DNA of 64,000 bases from Octopus vulgaris (taxonomy: Eukaryota): contig OX597830.1 of NCBI GenBank assembly GCA_951406725.2, positions 2,604,001 through 2,668,000 on the forward strand, read 5' to 3'. Shown in pieces: positions 53,451-64,000 of this stretch. A program made the translations under genes and the position numbers. Within the stretch, counting starts at the first letter, position 1; each line of letters opens with the position of its first letter. Under the pieces are notes generated by a model. It saw only the letters and a program-made list of their open reading frames with translations. It made no database searches and was not told the origin of the DNA.

Positions 53451-53726
53451 GTATGTATATATATATATATGTATATATATATGCACACACACACACACAT
53501 AATACAATAAAAATGTATTGTAAATAAACAAATGACAGGTTTAGAAATGTATGATGTATACTGAGTGTACAACTGGCTGGGGACAGACACAGTAGGTCCC
53601 TAATTCTTCATCAGTTATCAACTAGATGGTATAACACAGTTTCACACCATTAATTGTTTATTTGAATACATTTTTTCATTTAAGTAACAGAATGCAACAC
53701 ACTCCGACTTTTATTAACAGTAAGTT

Positions 53727-53802
<76 letters not shown>

Positions 53803-56189
53803 TGTATATACGTATATAGGCTTATGATTATGCAAGTGTAAAACTACTTTTGTACTACCCTGTACATATATATACTTATATGCATGATTGTGTACTTGCA
53901 ACTGTGTACTAACAAAACTGGTTTACAGTGATAAATTGAAAAAGAACTCAATATCTTACAAAATATAAATTTTGAGGCCCCTTCATACATGTGTCCACAT
54001 CGCTGTATGTTCAGCATGTTCACTTTGCAATCATGGGTTTCTGGGTGCAGTCTAACTTAAGTATTTTGGGTGCCTTCAATTATAGTTGTGAGCTGAGTAA
54101 TGCCCTGCGACGTGATTTAGTCAAGGGCAACTTTAAGTATGTGTGTGTGTATGAGTGTGCATGTAAGTATGTGTGAGAAAGTATGTGTGTATGTAGTATG
54201 TGTGTGTATAAGTATGCTTTTTGTTTCCCCCTCAATATTTTAAAACTGGTGTTGGTTTGTTTATGTTTTTTTGACTTAATGAGTCAACAAAAACAGACTG
54301 TTTTCTTTGTTTTCTTTTCTAGTTGCTAATCTAAACTGTCCATCATTATGCATCTTCTCTGCCCTTGTCACCAAGACACGATTGAATATCAAGTCTCCAC
54401 TTCATCAAGTGCCTATCAACTCCACCCACCAGCAATTAATATACTTGTCCATAATCCACCCCCTATCACCACCTTTATTACACATCCTCTGTAACATCCT
54501 GACACCTGTATAACAAGAGACACTCAATCCCCATACCATTGTCTTACTTACTGTATGACTGGTCATCATATCTCATCTCCACATCACTCACTGTTGGCAT
54601 TCAACTTCTATTTCTGTCAGCTCATTTTTTAATCTCTAAGCCTCCAGATATACCAAGCTAAGGGTGAAGAGTTTCCCCTCTCTGCACAGGTAAATGTAGC
54701 TCATATATTAAATTAATGCCCCTCACAGAAAGGAGTGGATAACTCTACATGTATGTTGGCAAACATTTAAGGACATCAATTGTTTAGAAATGACCTTCAT
54801 TTTACAGATGTAGATAATAGGATGTAGATAATAAGATGTCTGCTCTTGTTATGATAATGGTAGAACAGTTTGTTACTCAAGACAAGGATCTGGAACATTA
54901 CAACAGAGCAACAGAGAAAAAAAACTAGTTGCCTTTTTCGTGAACAATGGTATTCTGTTAACAGATAATTATGGCAACTACGAAAATGGTGATGACTTTG
55001 ACAATGACAATGATGGTGTTAGTGGTGGTGGTGGTGATGTTAATTTTGTTGGTGGGGATAATTATGATATTGATCCCAATGACAACGATGTTAACAATGG
55101 TAACGATGATAATGATGGTGACAATGATAATGATGATGATGATGATGATGATGAAGCTATTTCCATGCCTGTCTTGTGAACATATATTCGAATCATTGTG
55201 ACAACAATAAAAGATGCTAGCTGCATCTGGACCGTTTCCACAAATTGACTTCCATTGGAATTTTGTATGAATCAACATAAACAAAAAAATGTAGGAAGTG
55301 AAGCATCGGGGAATGTATCAAGTGTGTGAGACAATAGCATTTTAAATTTTGCATTTGTTCAGAATAGAAATTTATCACTTAGAATTCAGAATTATGACTT
55401 ATTGAATGTTGCACAGGAAACGGATTAAAACATGGATTCTTGAAGTTATGAAAGCAATTTCAAGGAACTCCAAATTATGTAAGACCACATTTATTAGAAT
55501 TCTTGTTCTGAGTAAATGGTTATGCGGAGATAAGATATAGAAGATCAACAAGTTCAGGTTTGTTTATTTTCAAAAGCATTAAACAAATTAATGTTACTAT
55601 TTCCTGCTTCATCAAATCGACATTTTTCAAGTGAAGGAAAAAAAAATAGAAGCATACAAATAAAACACAACATGTTTTGTTATTGGTTTGTAAATATATT
55701 GTTACTGAGAATATACTGAAATTTCACAATTTGGTTAATTCCATATTCCAGGTTATTATGTAAGTGTTTTAATGAAAGACATGCATTTAAACAGAACCAG
55801 GTGTGTGCGTGTATGTCTGTACATGTGTATGTGTGCACATGCGTGCTTGCATGTGTGTGTGTGTGTATAGTACTGGTTTCATTGGTGGTGTTCTTATCAA
55901 TTCCAGCCATATGGTATTGTGTATATCTTTAAAAATCCAATCTTAATAATGCTAAGTTGGTAAGAAGTATTTTCACTGATTTGTATCTGGAAAAATACAC
56001 CAGTTATAGATTTTGGCTGGAGGGGTCAGCATAGTTGTAGAAGAAAACATCCAAACAGATTATATACAATCCTCTACACCTGCATGCTTAATGATCATGG
56101 TACCATTTTGTTTGTATGTATGAGCAGATTTGTATGTTTTATGTATGTATTCTCATGCACAGAGTTGCATATCCAGACATGTTTGTATA

Positions 56190-57020
56190 TATTTAAATGA
56201 TAAACTTCTTGAAAGTTCTTCAGAATTTTTACAGTTCCAGTGATGGATTGGATGTGTATCTTCAAATTAGCTTTCTCCTTTCTGGTTTTGAGAAGCCTAA
56301 TTTCTCAGGATTGGTATTTAGGCAATGTGTTACATATCACTGGGCCTCATTAATTACAGGTATAAACCTGAACCTATAATCTGGATAGAGTAACTGCAGG
56401 CTTCTCAATAGCTCAATGAAGGTGTTCTCTTTTTCACTGATCTTTAGCTTTATGTTAACATCTGCTGGGCAGCTGATTTCCACAACTGTACACAGTTTCT
56501 CTTCTCTATTCCAAAACATCATATCAGGTCTATTGTGCTTTCATTTTACTGAGATCTTCACTGGGACATTCCACCAGTATTCCTTTTTATTATGAGGTGG
56601 CCATGGCTTCTTCAATATTGTGGGTTTTAATTTCTTTGTCCTCGGGATTATCCTTCAGACAGATTTCATTATAGAATGTCCTAGCTACAACATCATGTCT
56701 CATCTGTATTTAATACCATGATGACATTTTCGTACAACTGCTTATGATGTGAGGGTATATCTTCACTGTGAACTCCACAAAGTCTGCATCGGTTGTCACA
56801 TTTTACAGCTTTTCCTGCATCTGTATCCATTTTGTGCATCAGGTACTTGGTTGATATTTCCTATTCCTGGATTGCAAAAACATACCCTTCAAAGCAGGAG
56901 GTAATAACCCAGCTATTGGTCCATGATAAACTGCTCTGACGATCGATGTTACTATCATCACAGAGTTTTCTACTAACACATCCATGCATAGTTTTCTGCT
57001 CATATAGGCTCACATTTTTC
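56190..57020 (-). pseudogene. Degenerate REL-endonuclease LINE (R4/NeSL-like) 3' part
   Basis: CDNRCRLCG; RHDVVARTFY; WWNVPV; HNRPDMMFW..VEISCPAD..K..EKE. Confidence 0.8.
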
Positions 57021-58021
57021 CACAATTTAATTGTTTTTCATTCTTTGCTCTAAGACTGAAACCAGTAATATAATGTTCTTCATAATAAAATTATTTTAGC
57101 CTTTTCTACCTTGTCCTATTTTCCTTATACCTATTAACTCATGTTACTTTTCAACCTTCTACTCACACACACACACACACACACATGCATGCACATGTGT
57201 GTATAAATATATATGTATATATATATCAGGTCCTGGTAGGGTATAAAGATAGTGTGTTCCAAATGAAGAACTCAGTCCGAGTCGGATTCCAGACTATTAC
57301 TGAAATCCTTCAGTAATAGAAAATCCTGGTCTCACAACAGTAAAAAGTAATCCAATTAATTGGACAATTAAACACATCTTTAAAGATCATTAAAAACGTG
57401 TCAAGGTAGCTCTATGTCACATACATACACACACGTTTGGCATTTCAGGGTTGATGAAAGGAAGTATTCAATCACCTGCAGTTGTCATATATTTGAGGAC
57501 CTACAATGTGAAAGGTAACAGAATAATGAGGGTATCCTATATCTATTTGGACTTCAAGGGGCAGGGATCTAGAACAGATGCAGAAGTATGAGACTTCCTG
57601 ATGACAACCCATGCTCAACTGTGAGTGACATTCTGAGTTTTATTTTGATTTGAACTCATGTCCATTGTGATTCTGGTGACCCAGCAACAACACCCGAAGC
57701 ACACAGATGTTTTACTTCATTGGGGAACCACAAAACCATGTTTTTCTTCTTGCTTTTTTTTTCTCAATCAAGAAAGAATCCATTTATCATTTCTTTTAAC
57801 AATTTTTTTCACTCAAATCAAATTCTTCTTATTGCTCTTTCAAATAATCCCCCCCTCTCTCTCTCTCGTATTCTTTCTCCCATTTCCACACACACACAAT
57901 CTTCTTCCACTAATTCCTGTCCTTCTCTCCTCTCTCACTCTCTCTCTCTTACTTTCTTTACTTTATCTATCTTCCTCACACACACTCCTTCTCTCTTTCC
58001 TTTACCTCTTCTCTCCCTTCT

Positions 58022-58054
<33 letters not shown>

Positions 58055-58721
58055 TTCTCTCTCACCAATCATTGCAGACATTATAAGAGAGCAGGTTAAT
58101 GCTTATCCTTGACAACTTCAGCAAATTATAATGAAATACATTAGAAAGGTTAGGAAAAAAAGAAACAAAAAAAAATCATTAGGACGATGATTACTATGAT
58201 GATAATGGTGACAATGTTGACGATGATGATGATGACAATAATAACAGTGATAATGGCAACAATGATGATACGACAACGATCACGACAAAGATGAGGATGA
58301 TGATGAAGAGAAGGAGTAAGAGGTGAGCGAGGAAGGAGCTAACATAGAAACCAAAATAAAATTAGACCTATATTGAAACGTCTGTCAAATATCTCCAATG
58401 GAAGCAATTGATAGATTTGTGGTTGGGCTTGTGTTTTTTTTCCATCCACATTTACCATAAACAACCACCACACAACTACAACAACAACAACAACAATACA
58501 GACCATAGAATAACATTCCTTGCCATGGATGTATGGCGGTGAGGGGTGTGGGTGGGGGCTAGGGTGGAGTGTGTGTGTGGGGGGGGGGGTAATGTACAGC
58601 CATTGGCTTCTTGTGTTTGTTGTTTTTATGTTTCTCTGTTCACTTGGGACACAAACTGTACGTAGGCTAAAGTCACTTTAAATAGACATGCAACAATCAA
58701 TCTAAAACTTACTGTCTCCTA

Positions 58722-58754
<33 letters not shown>

Positions 58755-58812
58755 CGTATGTGTATATATATGTGTGTGTGTATGTGTGCATATATATATA
58801 TATATATATGCA

Positions 58813-58854
<42 letters not shown>

Positions 58855-58937
58855 TATATGTATATATATGTTTACATACATATATATGTACATAAATGTA
58901 TATATATATATGTGTACATCCATATATATGTACATAC

Positions 58938-58977
<40 letters not shown>

Positions 58978-59057
58978 GCACATATATGTATATATATATA
59001 TGTGTGTATATACATATATATGTACATACATGTGTATATACATATATATGTACATAC

Positions 59058-59096
<39 letters not shown>

Positions 59097-59097
<1 letters not shown>

Positions 59098-59448
59098 CAT
59101 TGTGGCACTCCATCAGTTATGGAAATGGGGTTCCCAGTTGATCCAATAAGCAGAATGGCCTGCTTGTGAAATAAAATTGCAAGTGGCTGACCACTCCACA
59201 GATACATGTACCCTTAATGCAGTTCTCGGGGAGATTCAGCATGATACAGAGTGTGACAAGGCTGGCCCTTTGAAATACTGGTAGAATAGAAACAGGAAGA
59301 AAGAGAGAAAGTTGTGGTGAAAGAGTACAGCAGGGTTTGCCACCACCCCCTGTCGGAGCCTTGTGGAGCTTTAGATGTTTTCACACAATAAAAACTCAAT
59401 CCTATGACTGTGAGTCCACTGCCCTAACCACTGGGCCATTGCACCTTC
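59097..59448 (-). mobile_element. tRNA-derived SINE family C (B-box region appears partly deleted)
   Basis: Minus-strand head ggtgcaatggcccagtggttagggcagtggactcacagtc. Confidence 0.65.
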
Positions 59449-59732
59449 ACTATATATATACAGATTTTAATTTAGAGATAGTCTACCCCTACTTCTCACC
59501 AATTAAAGAGAATTTTTATTTTTATTTTAAATACCTACTGTTTTATTCCTTGGCTACACGTGTTTCATGAGGTACATTCTTGGGTTCCTAAACCGCTCCA
59601 TGTTTCCCTGGAACCCCTCTCAAGATGCCACCCCAATCATCAGGCCCTTATAACTTTATCAACGTTCAATACAATAAACTATATTTTAATTTCTAACTCC
59701 CATAAATATTTGCAAAATATTTATATGCAAAT

Positions 59733-60149
59733 CAGGAGTGGCTGTGTGGTAAGTATCTTGCTTACCAAGCACATGGTTCTGGGTTCATACCTACTGTGTG
59801 GCACCTTGGGCAAGTGTCTTCTACTATAGCCTCGGGCCAACCAAAGCCTTGTGAGCAGATTTGGTAGACGGAAACTGAAAGAAGCCCATTGTATATATGT
59901 ATTGGGGGGACAAACACAGACACACAAACATGTATATGTTTGTGTGTCTGTGTTTGTCCCCCCAATATCGCTTGACAACCGATGCTGGAGTGTTTACATC
60001 CCCGTAACTTAGCAGTTCGGGAAAAGACACTGGTAGAATAAGTACTAGGCTTACAAAGAATAAGTCCTGAGGTCAATTTTCTTGACTAATGTCGGTGCTC
60101 CAGCATGGCCACAGTCAAATGACTGAAACAAGTAAAAGAGTAAAAGAGA
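59733..60149 (+). mobile_element. SINE family A, full length
   Basis: Matches 51107-51508. Confidence 0.88.
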
Positions 60150-62713
60150 ATGAATGTACATGTAGATAGGATGCTGAAATTCTAGGATGTTGGTACAAAT
60201 GCTTTTTCTTAATTGTGGCTAAATAAAATTCGACACACATCTGATCTGTTTTCCATGAGTATAAATACATATAAATGCACACACACACACATATATATAT
60301 ATATGTGCATTCCATTCATATAACATCCCTTTTACCAGGACTGGATTTGAGGCAGGTTTTTATGGCTGTATGCTCTGTCAGTCACCAAGCCCTATATTGC
60401 AAATATGACATTATTTACAGTTCTGAATTTAAGAATTGAGGAATTATGTACATTATTTACATTCGACAGACATTTGTCCTAATCTTGTTCGTTGTTAACA
60501 CAACATGACATTATCTATTCCAAGAGTATCCAAAAGAGCAAAGCATACATTCAAATACTGACAAAGAATGCAACTAGAGGAAAAAAAAGAAAGAGAGTAA
60601 ATATTATGATTTATGATAAATTGCAAGGCCACACATTGCACTCTCAAGCATGTATTTCACTCTGGTAAAATGCATTTTGGTTGAATTTCAAACTGAAGAA
60701 TATCATAGGTACTTTTTCTTTTCACGCCAATATACTCTTGTTTGCTTCAGATATGCCACAGAACTTTTCTATGGAATATAGATAAATTAAGTGCTAACTT
60801 AGGGATTAAAATTTAATTAAGTTAATTTTATGACTCTATACATGTTTCAAAATATGTTGATGCATTTGGCCTAAATATTCTACCTGTTGTATTGTCAAAG
60901 TGGACAGATCCAGCCTCTCACACCTACCTTACAATGTCATTGTTAAAATAAGCAATTATATCTTTGAAATCTCAGAAGCTGGGATAAGGTATGATTGATT
61001 CAAAATAATAAGTAAGCATTACATTTGATTGATTGATCTAAATGTTAAAGAGTTAAAATCATGGATCTTCATTTTAATCCAATCAGTATTTGAGCATCAA
61101 CATCCTCTTCATCTTCTTCTGTTCCCTGATAATTCCCCCCAAAAAAACCGATTCTTTTATACCACACTTGGAATCAATCTAATGATTGGGAATTTTGAAA
61201 TTCAAATTGCTCCATGTAAGGGACCGGCTGTTATAAGTATAAATAGCATATTGCTTGCCATTAGTTACTGTTTGGAATGCCTTGCCTGTACCGACATACA
61301 CAATGCACACAGTCTCACACACACACACTCAGTCACACACATGCACACATACACACACATACTACTACAGAGCAATCTTGTGCAGGTGACACAGAAATGC
61401 ACCCAGTACATGCAGTAAAGTAGTTTGCATGAAGAAGGACGTCCAGCTACAGCAACCATGCCAAGGCAGACCCTGGAACACTACAGGTCCCCTGTATCCT
61501 TTCAAACCATCCAACCCATGCCAGCACAGAACATGAGTGTTAAAGGATGATGATGATGATGATGATTATAAATATATACATAAATATGCATCCAAACACA
61601 AGAGACAGGCTGGTCAATATGAGAAATTCTTTGATCATAGATATATGCTCAACAAGATCTGACCAGGTGTTAAACAACAGCAACAACAACAACTAAAGAC
61701 TGACCACTGAATAGACAAATGTTAAAATCTCTGCGAGATGGACTGGATAACTCAAACTGCGACTAATAAGTTTCCGTTCTGTTATTTATTAATTCCTGTA
61801 GACTCGTCATTCACTGTCACAGAAACTGCTTCCTACCATTTATACTGCAACAGTCTGCAAGAATATTCCTACATTTTCAAAGCATGCATTTAGAATGTCT
61901 ATTTAAACTCATCATTTCAAGGTTAGACATTTGGCATTGTACCATTGATCCATAACTTAGTTGGAAAGGGATGGTTGGCTGCTGGCTGGCTGGTTGGATG
62001 GATGGTTTGTTATATTATGGCATTGGAATATATTTTGGTTTGTTTTCTAATGTAATTCTTCTCTGTTTCTAACCATTTCATATTTCCTGCATTGGTTACA
62101 AAAGGCGATTACATAACACTGTTTATTTCAGGAAATAATATGGAGGTTTACTTCATTGTAAGCGTTTTTCCATCATCATATAAGCAGTTCATGTTATATA
62201 TACTTATGCCTTTTGGTGATCAGGGTAATCCTGTGCCTGTGAGATTCTTTGATTGGCCTTTGTTGGAATGTCTCTTGTTCATGTTACCACATTCTGTCCA
62301 TAATTTCATTGTCTTTCACTGTCTTTTGCACTTCTTTCCCTTCGACAATTTTGTGATCACCAACACAAACTATAGACACACCCTGTGATGACCCCCTCAG
62401 GATAATAAAAGAAATCCTTGTTATTGCTGCTGTTGTTGTTGTTGTTGCTGTTTTCATTGTTGTTATGGTGGTGGTGGTGGAGGATTGGCAAAAACTGACA
62501 GAGCATCAAACAAAATGTCTGGTACCATTTGTTGCATGTCTTTTCTGAAATATGACCAAATGCAAGCAAGGTTGATTTAGATATTTTATCCTTTCAAAGA
62601 TGAAAAATAAAATATACCAGTCATGTACTGGGGTTGATACAATTCTCGATAAATGTGTGACCTTGTTTTATAATAATAACACTATTGTTGTTGTTGTTAT
62701 TATTATTATTATT

Positions 62714-62745
<32 letters not shown>

Positions 62746-62872
62746 TATTATTATTATTATTATTGAGTTACAGAGTAGCCATGCCATCAAAGTGACACTG
62801 GGTTACAAATATACAAGGCCCAGTATACCTATCATGACTACCCGTCTGATATGGGTACATTATTACTATTAC

Positions 62873-62932
<60 letters not shown>

Positions 62933-62934
62933 AA

Positions 62935-63337
62935 AGGTTGTGAGCTGGCAGAATCATTTGCATGGTGGGCAAAATGTCTAGTGGCATTTCATCTGTCTTT
63001 ACATCATGAGTTCAAATTCTGCCAAGGCCAACTCTGCCTTTCATCCTTTCAGGGTCGAGGAAATAAGTACCAGTTATGTACTGGGGTTTGATGTAAACGA
63101 CTTATCTCCTTCTCCAAAACTAGAATCACTATTTTGCTTATTACAAAGGCAGAATTGTTTGCACACCTGGTGATATTTCTTTCAGCTTTACAATCTGAGT
63201 TCAAATTCCACTGAAGTCAGCTTTGCCTTTTATTCTTTTGGAGTTGATAAAGTAAGAACCAGTCAAGCACTGGGGTCAGTATAATCAACTTGCCCCATCT
63301 CCCAGATTTTCAGGCCTTGTGCCTAGAGTGAAAAGGT
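62935..63337 (+). mobile_element. Two tandem SINE family B copies (62935-63118, 63146-63337)
   Basis: gagttcaaattc..gcctttcatcctttcagggtcg..aagtaccag; ggccttgtgcctagagt. Confidence 0.75.
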
Positions 63338-64000
63338 TTAGTATTATTAATATTATTCTAAATTATGAAAATTGTAAAATCTTGAAGAGAAACTGAACCA
63401 GAGATATAACTGTAACCAAGCAAGCATGCTAACCTACATGCAACAAGGACATTGTCTCGTCTGGAAAAGCAGAATGGGTTGGATTTAATTACAAAATAAA
63501 TAAATTTATTTTAGAATATTTTTGCCCTCACAAAATGTTATTGTTCTTCTCGTGTTTTTTTTTTAATGTTTTTTTTAATTAGGCAGCTAATTGAATTTTG
63601 TTTCCTGTCACATAAATATAAAAATAAATAAAAATGTTTGTTTATTTTTCAAACATAATTAGTTCTAATCAGATAAATCCAATATTTATCAAATTCGAGG
63701 TTCAAGACAAAAGACAATGACTTGAAGTAATGATAGGAATTGGCACTACCAATATTCCAAGAAAAGCTTTCAGACAATATTTTGCCAAGAATTTTCTATG
63801 CAGATAAAATATGACCATGCGATTTAAAATTGGCATCTAATTTTTAATCAGTTTAATACAAATTATTTAAAAGATGATCTAATATGATAAATGCTTTTTT
63901 TTCCCCCACTGTTTAGATAAAGCTATAGGGCACAGATCGATTTTAGTTATATAATTTACTAAAGTAAATTTATAAATCTAATAACATAAAATCCACATTG

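Larger units (their letters stand above)
52227..53862. repeat. Inverted ~48-bp pair with Tc1/mariner-like termini (52227-52274 and 53815-53862)
   Basis: cagggtggtgcaaaagtag.. vs ..ctacttttgtactaccctg-TA. Confidence 0.5.

Noticed and set aside
57280-57330. Perfect 11-bp hairpin (ctattactgaa/ttcagtaatag) followed by GAAA, as a possible hammerhead
   Set aside because: No CUGANGA core or stem I

Overview
AT-rich, microsatellite-dense animal genomic DNA. The SINE/LINE families and the (TA)n/(CA)n/(TAA)n load resemble an octopus (coleoid cephalopod) genome; this is inferred, not verified. No host protein-coding gene could be confidently identified, and almost all short ORFs in the track are microsatellite or antisense artefacts. 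Mobile content: two adjacent Penelope-like retroelements (PLEs; RT + GIY-YIG, Naiad-like) at 634-6322, the first with a long open ORF and 614-bp near-perfect inverted repeats; a frameshifted R4/Dong-type REL LINE in (TAA)n plus two further REL fragments; several RTE LINE fragments, carrying a PHD-like Cys-rich insert in the RT region; DD37D (maT) transposase relics; a piggyBac-like MITE; and many tRNA-derived SINEs. The most notable signal is a set of at least eight hammerhead-ribozyme (HHR) motifs. Six lie in four PLE-type insertions that share an 'inverted copy + HHR segment + unique 3' tail' architecture, one is in the second PLE's 3' region, and one is in a tRNA-headed SINE-like element. 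One 338-bp palindromic mini-element carries HHRs with a compensatory G3:C8 catalytic core (GUGAACA). All structures and coordinates were read by eye.
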